Positions 50,554 to 61,068 of a stretch of 64,000 bases of DNA are shown here, piece by piece (the stretch's first letter is position 1; the number at the start of each line of letters is the position of its first letter). Under the pieces are notes generated by a model. It had not been told where the DNA came from. It saw only the letters and a program-made list of their open reading frames with translations, and did no database searches. The translations under genes and the position numbers were made by a program. This DNA comes from a virus, in the IMG/VR virus record IMGVR_UViG_3300025151_003852, positions 64,170 through 128,169 of that record; one strand, 5' to 3'.

Positions 50554-51183
50554 TTATAATTTCTTAATAACCCACATTTTTGACTCTGCTGTTGCATTAT
50601 TATCAGGTAGTACAACAAATGATTCTGAAACTTCATCAACGATAATTTTATTATCTTTTTCTAGTTGTAATATCTTATCAGCAAACCCATATGATTCATA
50701 AATGTTTTCTCCAATAGAACAAATTAAATGTCCACCTGGCTTGAGTATTCTAAACACTTCATCTAATATCGGCGCTCTCATATGTCCTCTGCAAAAAAAG
50801 CCAGTACACATAATTGCATCAATACTATTTGAATCGATTACGTCTATTGGCTTTGTCAAGTCTGCTTCGGTTAATGTTTGATATATCTTTTTCTTTTCTG
50901 CTTGTGATAGCATACTAGTAGAATAATCTATACCATGCAAATTAGTGAATCCTTCTTCATGTAGTGTTTTTCCTACGTAGCCTGAGCCACAAGCCAAATC
51001 TAAGATTTTAGCAGTTTTGTAAACCCACTTAGAAAAAAGTTCTTTAACATATCTATTATATGCATATCCATATTCGACCATTTCATCGTCATAACATTCA
51101 GACCAGCCGACATATAGATTTTTTAATTTTGAGTTGTCAGTTTCCTCATAGGTAACCTTCAACCAATTGATTTTATCTTCCAT
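50554..51183 (-). CDS. Class I SAM methyltransferase (paralog 3)
   Basis: LY..W...YD, ILDLACGSG, GIDYS..ML, RILKPGG. Confidence 0.88.
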   Translation of the reverse strand: MEDKINWLKVTYEETDNSKLKNLYVGWSECYDDEMVEYGYAYNRYVKELFSKWVYKTAKILDLACGSGYVGKTLHEEGFTNLHGIDYSTSMLSQAEKKKIYQTLTEADLTKPIDVIDSNSIDAIMCTGFFCRGHMRAPILDEVFRILKPGGHLICSIGENIYESYGFADKILQLEKDNKIIVDEVSESFVVLPDNNATAESKMWVIKKL

Positions 51184-51256
51184 TTTATCTCCTATAGATA
51201 ATAGTTAGTTAATTGTCATCGACACTGACACATTTATTTATAGGGTATATGGGGAG

Positions 51257-51931
51257 TTAAAGTTTTTTAATAGACCATATTTTTGATTTAGCAGTTCCAA
51301 ACTCTGCATTTGGTACTACTAAGAAAGGATCTGATGTGTGATCTATCTCAACTTTATTGTCATCTTGTAGTTGTTGTAATTTTTTATCAAAGCCGTCTGT
51401 TTCAAATACGTTTACACCTATAGAACAAATTAAATATCCGTTTGGTTTTAGTATTCTAATAAATTCGTCTATTGGCTCAGATCCCATATGTCCACTTGCT
51501 AAAAATCCTATACACATAACAACATCAAATGTGTCTGTCGCAAAAGATATAGGATTAATTAAATCGGCTACTGTCAAACTTTTATATATATTTTTCTTGT
51601 TTGCTTCTCTTAACATTTCTAAAGAATAATCTATGCCATGTAAATCAGTATATCCCATTTCATGTAATGCCATTGTAGGGTATCCTGTACCACATGCGGC
51701 ATCTAGTATTTTAGAATCAGTTTTAATTTTAGATTTTATAAATGCGGCCTTCATAGGCTCTGTATAGTTATAATCTATCTTAGGCATTTCATCATCGTAT
51801 TTTTCTGCCCAAGATCGATATAATTCTTGTAATTTTTTGCTGTTGTTTTTACTAAAACCAATATGTGTCCAATCTACTTCTTGCATTAGTATTGATTTGA
51901 TTCGGTTAAATACAGGTGAATCTTGTTTCAT
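51257..51931 (-). CDS. Class I SAM methyltransferase (paralog 2)
   Basis: ILDAACGTG, GIDYS.EML, RILKPNG. Confidence 0.88.
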   Translation of the reverse strand: MKQDSPVFNRIKSILMQEVDWTHIGFSKNNSKKLQELYRSWAEKYDDEMPKIDYNYTEPMKAAFIKSKIKTDSKILDAACGTGYPTMALHEMGYTDLHGIDYSLEMLREANKKNIYKSLTVADLINPISFATDTFDVVMCIGFLASGHMGSEPIDEFIRILKPNGYLICSIGVNVFETDGFDKKLQQLQDDNKVEIDHTSDPFLVVPNAEFGTAKSKIWSIKKL

Positions 51932-52716
51932 AGTTTTTTAATAGAAAAAATATTATGGGGATATGTACGCCGTTTTTGGCTCGGCTTGCCGCACTCGTCT
52001 GTATGGGTATACCTACGCGGTCGCCAAAACACCGTCTTATCTGGTCCCTTGACATAATCAAGCATGCCATCTACAGGATTAGGTATATCAAAAGTATAAT
52101 TATTATCTGAGTTAAAAGATTCTGATTTATATTCTATCTCAATAATATTGCTATCTTGTAGTTGTTGAAATTTTTTATCAAATCCATCATCAAATATTTT
52201 TTTACTTATAGAACAAATTAAACGTCCTTTTGGTTTCAATACTCTGATTAACTCGTCTATTGGTTCATGCCCCATGTACCCGCCTGCAAAAAATGCTATG
52301 CATGTAACAACATCAAAAGTGTCAGTTGGGTAAACTATAGGATTAATTAAATCGCCTAGTGTCAGGCTTTTATATATATTTTTCTTTTTTGCTTCTTCTA
52401 GCATTTCTGGACAAAAATCTATGCCGTGTAAATTTTTATATCCCATTTCATGTAATGCCATTATAGGATACCCAGTACCACATGCGGCATCTAATATCTT
52501 AGCATCAGTTTGAATGTTAATTTTTTTAAATGCTTCCTTCATCGGTTCTATGTGACCATAACTTATTTTGGGCATTTCTTCATCATAGTCTTTTGCCCAA
52601 TGACGATAAAGTACTTGTAATCTTTTATTATTATTTAGAGTGAATCCAGCAGTCCAATCTACTTCTTGCATCAATATTGATTTAACTCGGTCAAACACGT
52701 GCAAACCTTGATTCAT
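51928..52716 (-). CDS. Class I SAM methyltransferase (paralog 1)
   Basis: ILDAACGTG, GIDF..EML, RVLKPKG. Confidence 0.88.
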   Translation of the reverse strand: MNQGLHVFDRVKSILMQEVDWTAGFTLNNNKRLQVLYRHWAKDYDEEMPKISYGHIEPMKEAFKKINIQTDAKILDAACGTGYPIMALHEMGYKNLHGIDFCPEMLEEAKKKNIYKSLTLGDLINPIVYPTDTFDVVTCIAFFAGGYMGHEPIDELIRVLKPKGRLICSISKKIFDDGFDKKFQQLQDSNIIEIEYKSESFNSDNNYTFDIPNPVDGMLDYVKGPDKTVFWRPRRYTHTDECGKPSQKRRTYPHNIFSIKKL

Positions 52717-52845
52717 AGTTACTTCCTTTGTGAATAGTACTATTTATTAGTATAATACTATTATAAACACCGTTTTTTGACTAAATAATAACACGGAATA
52801 GCATTTATGCCATTTCGTAAAGATAAATCTAATGGAGGAAACAAT

Positions 52846-53004
52846 ATGGATTTTCAAACAATACTAGCAATTGCTATTGTAGCAGGTATCGTTTTTTTCG
52901 TAGTGAAGAAACGCGGCGCCAGTAAAAAATCCTCAGGAGGCAAAGGCTCTGGAGGTTCTGGGGGCGGTTCGATCTCAAAAAGAGGCAGTGCCAAACGCAA
53001 ATAA
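52846..53004 (+). CDS. Small membrane-anchored protein with Gly/Ser/Lys tail
   Basis: ATG 52846 after GGAGG; one TM segment followed by a low-complexity basic tail. Confidence 0.55.
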   Translation: MDFQTILAIAIVAGIVFFVVKKRGASKKSSGGKGSGGSGGGSISKRGSAKRK

Positions 53005-53060
53005 GAATTAACCCACCTTATAATATAATAATAATTGCAAATTAAGCAAAGGAGAAAAAT

Positions 53061-53717
53061 ATGTTAGAAAGCATTAAGGGTCTTTTATCGGCCCATTTCG
53101 ATAACGTAATCAAATTAGTGGTAGCACTATCACTTGTTTGTATTGCATCAGGAGTCAACGCCGCCCCTACAGTAGGCGGATCAGTTGGCGTATCATCAGA
53201 CTATCTTATGCGAGGGCAATCCATGCACATAGGTAACCATCAATTGTCTGCTAGTTTAGACGCAGAGTGGTTAGGTATGTACGGATCTGTTTGGGCATCA
53301 GAAGTAGACGCAGGCGATGGCAAAGCCACGCATGAAATCGATACAGTAATCGGTCTTAAAAAAGACTGGGAACATATCGGCTTTAATGTAGCCTATATTG
53401 ATTATGCTTATAGAGGCGACTCAAGTAGAGACTTTGAAGAAATTATGCTGTCTGCAACCTTAGCAGGCATCACAGTGTCGCATTACATGGGACAAGATGA
53501 TGCACAAGACTATACATCATTTTCAACAGGACTTTTAAAAGTCGTTGATCTGACATATGGTGATAGAGAAGGTTTCGGTACTCACTGGACAATTTCAAAA
53601 GATTTTGAATTTATGAAAGGTCACGTAACCGTGGGATGGTCAGAGTTTTCAGCAGATGACAACTCACATCACGTTGATGAAGATAATTTATATATGAGTT
53701 ACGTATACAAATTCTAA
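53061..53717 (+). CDS. Outer-membrane beta-barrel, TIGR02001/TorF-like putative porin
   Basis: Signal peptide, SDY..RG.S, G.W.S, EID...G, Y.Y, terminal Y.F. Confidence 0.78.
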   Translation: MLESIKGLLSAHFDNVIKLVVALSLVCIASGVNAAPTVGGSVGVSSDYLMRGQSMHIGNHQLSASLDAEWLGMYGSVWASEVDAGDGKATHEIDTVIGLKKDWEHIGFNVAYIDYAYRGDSSRDFEEIMLSATLAGITVSHYMGQDDAQDYTSFSTGLLKVVDLTYGDREGFGTHWTISKDFEFMKGHVTVGWSEFSADDNSHHVDEDNLYMSYVYKF

Positions 53718-53732
53718 ATCAATAAAAGCAAC

Positions 53733-53766
53733 AAGGCGCCTCTCATTTTGATTGGCGCCTTTTTTT
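53733..53766 (+). terminator. Rho-independent terminator
   Basis: AAGGCGCC...GGCGCCTT followed by T-run. Confidence 0.75.
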
Positions 53767-53872
53767 ATGGATAAAATATACTTTTGTTATTCCAGGCATA
53801 AATAGAGTCGAAACATTTATAACCACACGTTATAAAGTTTTATAAGACACATGAATAAAGGGAATGACACAC

Positions 53873-54646
53873 ATGCATAGACATTATAAGATAAAAGATA
53901 GATTAGAACTTCTAACACTCGTCTCTATTTTCCTTCTGTCGATCATGGCCGTTAGTCCCTCATAAACACACAGAGGGAACAAGATGTTAAACACAGTTAG
54001 ATTTAGTTTTTACGCAATGCTGATGGTGTCACTTCACGTATTAGATAGTGGAGCCGGCATACATTCAACACTACGTCAAATAAAAGATTTACAACACTAC
54101 AGACATACAGGAGTATTATGAATACTATTAAATTAGTAATTGACAAATCAGGCATTTTTAAAAAAGTCGACCAAAAGATAGAAACGTTATGTTATGCTAT
54201 GCTTTGGGGATCGATGTTTGTATGCATGTCACAACTAGCATACATGTAAGGAAACAACATGAAGAAGTTAAAAGCAATCATTTTTAAATACTGGATTCAG
54301 CCATGGCACCCAGCATAAAAAACGCAACTCCAGAACAACAAAAAGAATGGTTAGAGACAGACTTCTTTATGAAAGGCGATTTTAGTGTAATGAAACTATT
54401 TGTAGTTGTACCTGCCATCATTCAAGTAATGTGTCTAGGTATGATGGGTGCAGTAATGTATCTAAATTCGTTTTTGTTTTAGTGTTAAAAAATGCGTTTA
54501 AGGCTCTTGCGGGCCTAGGTAAACCGAGTGGACCAATTGAATTGACTGCTTCAAATATTTTGTTATTTGCATTCCTCCTTGCTTCATTATTTTTAGGAAC
54601 AGTTACAATTTGTTTACTCGGTTTTTATCTTCTTAAGACTTTCTGA
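53873..54646 (+). CDS. Run of six coupled micro-ORFs, mostly with one hydrophobic segment (53873-53965, 53984-54121, 54118-54249, 54259-54318, 54303-54482, 54482-54646)
   Basis: Manual translation; RBS-like GGGA/AGGAG/AAGGA sites and overlapping stop/start codons; CATAAATA upstream near 53797. Confidence 0.5.
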
Positions 54647-55180
54647 TCTAACATCTTTGAATACTTGATTTACTTTTTCGTTATCAAATACTCTTAATGC
54701 TTTGCTATTCATCTGTCCTTGCTTGTTCTCTTCCCATTGAAAATTAAACTCTTCACCTGCTAAATGCAAACCGACAGTTGCGTATGACTTCCATGCTGTC
54801 CAACTAGGATAACTCCAAATACCAATTGCATTTTCAAAATATGCCTGTGAAATAGTTTTAAGTAATAACTTTCGTGCTATACCCTGTCCTCTATATTTTT
54901 CTTCAACATATAAGCCACGGGACCGATATAAGTTATATAAGGTCATGTGACCAGAGTTTACACCTATTAATAATTCATTGTCGAATGCTCCCCAAAAAGT
55001 AGGAGTAAAGTTTTGATTTTGTAAGTCATATGTATCAATTTCTTGTTGCTCATAATTATCATTTAAAACAATACTTCTTGGACATGTCATTGCACTTGTC
55101 GGTTCAATAGTCATGTTTGGCATATGCATTTTCCACATGTCTCGGGTTTGCTCCCATCCAATTTTTTTAATAGTAATCAT
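54614..55180 (-). CDS. GNAT acetyltransferase
   Basis: LYV..KYRGQGIARKLL acetyl-CoA motif; ATGA overlap with upstream gene. Confidence 0.8.
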   Translation of the reverse strand: MITIKKIGWEQTRDMWKMHMPNMTIEPTSAMTCPRSIVLNDNYEQQEIDTYDLQNQNFTPTFWGAFDNELLIGVNSGHMTLYNLYRSRGLYVEEKYRGQGIARKLLLKTISQAYFENAIGIWSYPSWTAWKSYATVGLHLAGEEFNFQWEENKQGQMNSKALRVFDNEKVNQVFKDVRSESLKKIKTE

Positions 55181-55950
55181 ATTGGAAAGTCTATACTCCA
55201 CATTGATTTTTCAGGAGAACCGGGTAAATATAAATCATCTTTATGTGCCCATCTGACTGTAAATGCTAAACGAGGTTTTTTATCTTTGCTCATGTTAGAA
55301 TTAACACCATGTACTGCACCATTGCCGTTGATTGATATTGCTTCATTTTGTTTAGGTTCATAAACATAACCACTTAAAGAATATAATTCTCCACCGCAAT
55401 TTTGTACGTGATCATGTAGATAAAATGTCAATGATCTTGCTCTAGCAGTTTTACATGTAGGAGTATTAAAAAATTGATCAGCCATATCAACATGAGGGTG
55501 AAGATAACTTTGATAGGGCAAATAATTAAGATGTAATCTATGCGGTACCCAATTTTGATCAATAGGTTCTTTATCTTTAAAGTAATTTATATGATGATAA
55601 AATACAGGATGAATAGAATTTTTTAGTGTGTTCCAACTCCAGTCAACAACTGTGTCGGGTGTTTGATTCCACCAACCTTTTTCAGCAGTTAAATCGTATA
55701 TTACTTCTTGTTCTCTTGTGTTTTGTTTGTGTGATATAATATGATGACGTTTATTATTGTGAGTAAATGATGTTCTATGAGTTAAATATGTAAGTTTATT
55801 AGGTCTGTCTAAGTACGATTGAACTGTGTCTTTTAATAATTTATAATAATTTTTATCGTATACATTAGAATATTTGTACACATGCAACGGCTGAGTCATG
55901 TCTGACCAATGCTTGTTGGGCTTGTCTTCTTTGTATTCGGTAACGTCCAT
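55177..55950 (-). CDS. 2OG-Fe(II) oxygenase
   Basis: HxD (HVD), GGEL, distal H (VHGV) and R.AFT. Confidence 0.78.
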   Translation of the reverse strand: MDVTEYKEDKPNKHWSDMTQPLHVYKYSNVYDKNYYKLLKDTVQSYLDRPNKLTYLTHRTSFTHNNKRHHIISHKQNTREQEVIYDLTAEKGWWNQTPDTVVDWSWNTLKNSIHPVFYHHINYFKDKEPIDQNWVPHRLHLNYLPYQSYLHPHVDMADQFFNTPTCKTARARSLTFYLHDHVQNCGGELYSLSGYVYEPKQNEAISINGNGAVHGVNSNMSKDKKPRLAFTVRWAHKDDLYLPGSPEKSMWSIDFPI

Positions 55951-55977
55951 AAAGATATTTATGACGTTTAGGTTTGC

Positions 55978-56376
55978 TTAATTATTAACTTTGAACCATT
56001 GTCCTGGATCATCAAACTTCATAAAGTATTTAAAATCATACTTTGGTTTGCTTTTCCAATCGTAAGGATTATCATATCTATTTTCTAAGATATAAGTTTT
56101 GCCGTCAATAGCAACACCGCAAACTAAATGATCCTCACCTGTTTCAGTCACACAGTATATCACAGATACATCTGATTTGTCAATGCCTTCTTTGATTAAT
56201 AATTCTGCACATGTATTAGCAAAACCATCACAATCATCACTAAAGTCTTCGCCTGCTAATACTTTATCAGCATGACTAGTCCAATGTTCGGCTTGCATGT
56301 ATTGCTTATCATCATGTAGATAAGTAAATTTACTTTCGACTAATGCGTGAACTTTGTCTGCAATTTCCTTACTCAT
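55978..56376 (-). CDS. Transglutaminase-like cysteine protease (BTLCP/C93-like)
   Basis: EHW, DDCDGFA, GEDHLVC, ILENR: Cys-His-acid triad. Confidence 0.75.
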   Translation of the reverse strand: MSKEIADKVHALVESKFTYLHDDKQYMQAEHWTSHADKVLAGEDFSDDCDGFANTCAELLIKEGIDKSDVSVIYCVTETGEDHLVCGVAIDGKTYILENRYDNPYDWKSKPKYDFKYFMKFDDPGQWFKVNN

Positions 56377-56572
56377 CTACTTCTTCCTTCTTACAAAGAG
56401 TTGATTCAGGTTCACGTTCACACATTTCTTTTTGTCCCTTAAGGACGATGTTGACAGGTTCTCCTGTCATTTCTGTTGGTCCTGTTTCTTCAACAGTTGT
56501 GGCGCAACTTACTAAAAAGCAAATTGCAAATAGACTAATTAGCCTTTGTATTCTTCTTTCCATAATGTCCAT
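56369..56572 (-). CDS. Small lipoprotein
   Basis: Basic N-terminus, hydrophobic stretch, LVSC lipobox. Confidence 0.6.
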   Translation of the reverse strand: MDIMERRIQRLISLFAICFLVSCATTVEETGPTEMTGEPVNIVLKGQKEMCEREPESTLCKKEEVDE

Positions 56573-56739
56573 GCACCGTATGCGATAGCGGCATAAGCAA
56601 CTAGTGTTGCAATACCCTTAAACATTAAGAAACATACGCCTGCAGTAATTAAAGCGGCTCCGTCCCAAGATGTTCTTTCTTTTAATCTGGCACTTACCCA
56701 ACCTTTAGCAAAACTGAAAATTGATTTAATTTTATCCAT
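56539..56739 (-). CDS. Small two-TM membrane protein
   Basis: RLKERTSWDG followed by two hydrophobic segments. Confidence 0.65.
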   Translation of the reverse strand: MDKIKSIFSFAKGWVSARLKERTSWDGAALITAGVCFLMFKGIATLVAYAAIAYGAWTLWKEEYKG

Positions 56740-56751
56740 AGTGTTATCCTA

Positions 56752-58551
56752 TTATTTTAATGAACGACTCCAAGTAGCAAAGAAACTGATACTGTTAACA
56801 TCAGTCAATGCGAGTGTAACGTCTGCTTCTAATGAATCATATGCTTCTTGGTCATTCCATGAGTTTGAATGGAAGTAAAAAAGTGTAGTAGATTTAATTG
56901 TGGTTCTACTTGATTTTGCAACACCTACAAATTCAACCATTTCTAGTTTTGTGTCGGCGGGTAATATAATACCTGTTGCAGTTTTGATTTCGATAATACC
57001 TGTTGCAGGATCTAATACTACATATTCACTATATTTTTCTTTAATATCTTCTTTTAAAAATTCGATAGAATATGTAAATTCATCATCTGGATATAACTTT
57101 TGCCATTTTGATAAATCTATGTTTGAATTTAAATCAACAACAGTGGCATCACCTTCTAATGAGTTTGCGACACCTATGTATGAAACCATGTCTGCGTCTT
57201 TGTAGTTAGAAAGTGGATCAGCAGTAAACACATATGCTAATTTATTTTGGTCTTCTGTGAATGTTGTGTCTTCAAATAACAATGCGTTAGGAGTTGCAGT
57301 ATCTAAAATCATGTCTTTCATTTCAGTTGCTGTTACCATGCCGTCATTCATAGAACCAATAACACCACATATACCTGCGACTAATGGAGCCGCAAATGAT
57401 GTACCAGATGTGATACCATATGGCTTACTTGCGCCTGCACAATGTGCTACCATTACTTCTTCACCCGGAGCAAATAAGTCTAATGATAAACCTGCACCTG
57501 TTGTGAGCCCTTCATCACTAGGTGAAATGTTGTTGAAACCTGCTGGGATATCATACTTATCAGTTGCACCAATTGTTAAACAGTCATTAATACCTGCTGG
57601 ACTAACTAATTCAACATCAATACCGCTGTTACCGGCTGCCGCAATAAGTGTTACACCTGCTGACATTAGTGATTCAAATTTAGCATCTAAGTATGCTGAA
57701 CGAGCAACACCCCAAGACACATTTAAGATACGTGTTTTGTTTGGATTTGCTACTACTTCTGCTTCTAGTGCATCTAATGCTTTACCTAACTCTAAAATTG
57801 ATGCTTGTTTGCTTACGCCCGGCTCAATCAAATTGCCGTTTTCGTCTGTTTCGTTACCTGCAATTTTGATAACTCTAAGTTTCACATGATCTGAAATACC
57901 TAAATTTTTACCTACTGCCATTGATGCTACCGCAGTTCCGTGACCCTTTTGATCACCTGGCTCCCAAATACCGTCTAAACACCAAAACGTATCAGACTCT
58001 AAATCTGTGCCTGAAAATTCATCATGGGTAAGATCAACACCTGTATCCATTATATAAAGTTCAGGTTTGCTTAAAAAATTTGTGTCATGCATTGAGTATG
58101 AAGTGACTAGCGGACGATATGTTGATGCAACCCTGATGCGAGCCCATTGTCCTTCAGCACTATTTGGATTAATATCTGTATCTGTTGAATCCATTTGAGA
58201 TACAGTACTTGTACCTAAAAATTCTACAGGAGAATCTGAAGGATCAATCCCTTCAACTGCTTCTCCTAATGCTAGTCCTTTAGATGATTTAACTCTAAAG
58301 AAACCGTTACCTAAGTCTTCTTCGACAGTTGTTTCTTCACATGCTTCGATTGCGGCTTTGTCGCCTTTAACAATAAACTCATGCTCATCTTCGTCTTTTT
58401 GTTCTAGTGAACACGATTGATCTTTTATTGCATCTTCCGCTAGATGCCACTCTATGTCGAGTGTATCGCCTTCAGGGGCAGACAGTTTCCACTTATCGGC
58501 AAATGCCTTAGCATTTACATCACTGTCAAATGTGACTTTTAATTTACTCAT
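56752..58551 (-). CDS. Subtilisin-like serine protease (S8)
   Basis: MDTG, GHGTAVAS, AAAGNSG, SGTSFAAP; start placed at ATG 58551 after GGAG. Confidence 0.92.
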   Translation of the reverse strand: MSKLKVTFDSDVNAKAFADKWKLSAPEGDTLDIEWHLAEDAIKDQSCSLEQKDEDEHEFIVKGDKAAIEACEETTVEEDLGNGFFRVKSSKGLALGEAVEGIDPSDSPVEFLGTSTVSQMDSTDTDINPNSAEGQWARIRVASTYRPLVTSYSMHDTNFLSKPELYIMDTGVDLTHDEFSGTDLESDTFWCLDGIWEPGDQKGHGTAVASMAVGKNLGISDHVKLRVIKIAGNETDENGNLIEPGVSKQASILELGKALDALEAEVVANPNKTRILNVSWGVARSAYLDAKFESLMSAGVTLIAAAGNSGIDVELVSPAGINDCLTIGATDKYDIPAGFNNISPSDEGLTTGAGLSLDLFAPGEEVMVAHCAGASKPYGITSGTSFAAPLVAGICGVIGSMNDGMVTATEMKDMILDTATPNALLFEDTTFTEDQNKLAYVFTADPLSNYKDADMVSYIGVANSLEGDATVVDLNSNIDLSKWQKLYPDDEFTYSIEFLKEDIKEKYSEYVVLDPATGIIEIKTATGIILPADTKLEMVEFVGVAKSSRTTIKSTTLFYFHSNSWNDQEAYDSLEADVTLALTDVNSISFFATWSRSLK

Positions 58552-58664
58552 GTGTTTGGGCTCCAAAATTTGTGTGCATAACTATATTGTATTTATCATT
58601 AATCGCAGATACACAAGGATAAGCACAATATTTTTACAGTACTATTTATCGATTAAATATCATT

Positions 58665-59483
58665 ATGTCCTTCAAAGTGCATTTAATACATGATTTATAT
58701 TACGGGTTTAATGAACCTACTGATCCTGCTGATTTAGAGTTGCCTGAATGTGATTTAGTTATTATTAATGGTAATATCGCAGAAAACAACAAACGTAGTG
58801 TATTATATGCATTTGAACTTGCACATCTGTATCCTAACATACACTTTGTGTATAATGAAGGCTATACAGAAAGATACCAACTTATCTCTGAAAAATGGGA
58901 GTACGAATACGAAAACAGCATGTCTATTCGTTCAGAGCAAGACGCATGGCCTAAAAACTTACATTGGAAAGATCCGAGATCACCTCAAGGGTTAGAAATC
59001 TTACTACAAACAGGTCAAACTGTATCTGTTTGGTGTGCATTTGGTTTCCCTAACGTTGTAAAGTGTAACAGTGATTGGGAAGATACATGGTTTTATTGTA
59101 ATATATGTCAAGGTCAAATACCAGTATACAATTTAGACTCAGATATTTTGCCAAGTACAGATTTAAAACTTTTTGGAGATATGGATCTATGGGCTAGTAA
59201 AGAATTTATAGAACAAAAGTATACTGAACAACTTGATATGATTAGAGATTGGGAAACTAAACAGATAGCAGACAAGTATTACGGCATATTAGTAACGCAT
59301 TTAAGTCCTTATAAAGATACTAGACTTGAAGGCATATCATATACAGGATATAATATTCATCTACATAATCGTATATGGGCAACTACACACATAGAATCAA
59401 ATGTAAATTATGTGGGTGCAGATTTAGTGTCAAACCCGGGAAGAGGCTCAGGGCCTCGCGGGAAAGTGCTTGAAGTAGATTGA
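58665..59483 (+). CDS. Degenerate metallophosphoesterase-fold protein
   Basis: DL...., DLVII.GNI, VTH.SP, SNP.RG layout with several metal ligands substituted. Confidence 0.5.
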   Translation: MSFKVHLIHDLYYGFNEPTDPADLELPECDLVIINGNIAENNKRSVLYAFELAHLYPNIHFVYNEGYTERYQLISEKWEYEYENSMSIRSEQDAWPKNLHWKDPRSPQGLEILLQTGQTVSVWCAFGFPNVVKCNSDWEDTWFYCNICQGQIPVYNLDSDILPSTDLKLFGDMDLWASKEFIEQKYTEQLDMIRDWETKQIADKYYGILVTHLSPYKDTRLEGISYTGYNIHLHNRIWATTHIESNVNYVGADLVSNPGRGSGPRGKVLEVD

Positions 59484-60449
59484 ATCTAAAAATACTTTTT
59501 GATCTTTCGGCACATCTATTTCGTAGTTGTTATTGTCTACTTTAGTTCCGGGTAATCTACTCAAAGGATATCTAAATTGTTTCTCAAATGCCCAGCCGTC
59601 TCCAGTCTTTTCTTCAAATAATTCTTTGACTTTTTCAAACCCTGTATACTTAGTTGGTTGTTGCATAATATCAAAACCTATACGTTTATAACCAATTATT
59701 TTTTGCTCATATTTAAGATGACGTAATTTTTGATATTCGTCCCAGTCTGAAATCGTATCTGGTAATTCTTCTTTTGTCATAGGAGTAGATACTGCTAATG
59801 CTAGTGCTAGTTCAGGACTAAACGATAAAAAACTACCTTGCACTGCTATCTGAAATTTATCATGGCATGTTACCCAATGCATTTGATTTTTTTCTAAATT
59901 TCTACCATAGCCTGTTAAGTTCTTGTCTGGAGCATTGCCACCAAAACATACACCAGTATATCCCATGTGAGTTAATACTTCTACAAATCTATAATGCGTA
60001 TTAAACTGAGGACTGAATCCACCGTACTGTTCAGTCACTGATAGATTGTCTCTAGTTAAAAACGAAACAATATCAAACTCTATTTCTCTATATGGTATGT
60101 CGAAAGTATGACAGTATGCTTTGGCATGATCAACGTCATGTTTATTCAAATCATCATTGTACTTAAATATAACAACATGTGCTTCAAGGTCTGCTTCTGC
60201 AAAACAATGTAACATTGCTTGACTATCAATGCCACCACTGAAACACAATGCTGGAAAGGGTCCTAGTGTTTCATGGCATCTTTTTGCGGCATCTACTCGC
60301 CACTTTTTTAATTTTTCATCGTTGATGTTTTCTAAATCACGTATGAGTTTTGTAGATACATTCATTTTGTGATGTTGACCATCGCCGGCAATCATGCCAG
60401 ACATGTCTAACCAATTATTATAGAAAGGAACTGATTTATACTGCGACAA
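59448..60449 (-). CDS. Adenine nucleotide alpha-hydrolase (asparagine synthetase C-domain-like)
   Basis: PP-loop LCFSGGIDSQ; no glutaminase domain. Confidence 0.65.
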   Translation of the reverse strand: MSQYKSVPFYNNWLDMSGMIAGDGQHHKMNVSTKLIRDLENINDEKLKKWRVDAAKRCHETLGPFPALCFSGGIDSQAMLHCFAEADLEAHVVIFKYNDDLNKHDVDHAKAYCHTFDIPYREIEFDIVSFLTRDNLSVTEQYGGFSPQFNTHYRFVEVLTHMGYTGVCFGGNAPDKNLTGYGRNLEKNQMHWVTCHDKFQIAVQGSFLSFSPELALALAVSTPMTKEELPDTISDWDEYQKLRHLKYEQKIIGYKRIGFDIMQQPTKYTGFEKVKELFEEKTGDGWAFEKQFRYPLSRLPGTKVDNNNYEIDVPKDQKVFLDSIYFKHFPARP

Positions 60450-61068
60450 TTTTTTTCACCATTTTCTTTAAAATATGCTCATCTGTGTTTACATTAAGAA
60501 CTAACATTAAACAATTATCAACAAAACTAAACAAACTGTGTAGTCTGCTTGTGTTAATAAAGTATGTTGCTCCTAAATCGAATCTTAATAATTTTTCTTC
60601 TTGCACCCACTTCATATCATTAATACCAAAGTTGTATATTGGTATCATAATTCTAAATGTAGGTACAGCAACTATTGCTCCGTTATCTCTATGCGGTGGA
60701 AAAAATCCACCTTTATCTAATCTAAGAAAATGTGTTCTTCCTAAATTAGGTTCCCAAAAATTCAAATACTCATCTAGTTCTGGAAGCAATGCACAAACAT
60801 TTGTTCGTGTAGTAAAGTCTGCTTCATTGTAGGCTTCACCATGCATACGTTCCCACTCTCTTAAACTATTTAAATCGGGTCCGTCAAATCTTCCATCTAA
60901 ACTTGTAACACTTAGTCCAAATCTATTGTTGGGCTTTTTATGACCTTGATACTCTTTCCATCCTGGATGATTATCACAGACTTCTTTGACTTTGTTTAAG
61001 TCCATCTTAGGGAAGTCTAGTTCAACAACATCTCCCCAGTTAATTATAAAATCTGTTAACGTAGCCAT
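60436..61068 (-). CDS. 2OG-Fe(II) hydroxylase, Asp/Asn beta-hydroxylase-like
   Basis: GGFFPPHRD, R...P, Y.INT...HS. Confidence 0.7.
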   Translation of the reverse strand: MATLTDFIINWGDVVELDFPKMDLNKVKEVCDNHPGWKEYQGHKKPNNRFGLSVTSLDGRFDGPDLNSLREWERMHGEAYNEADFTTRTNVCALLPELDEYLNFWEPNLGRTHFLRLDKGGFFPPHRDNGAIVAVPTFRIMIPIYNFGINDMKWVQEEKLLRFDLGATYFINTSRLHSLFSFVDNCLMLVLNVNTDEHILKKMVKKIVAV

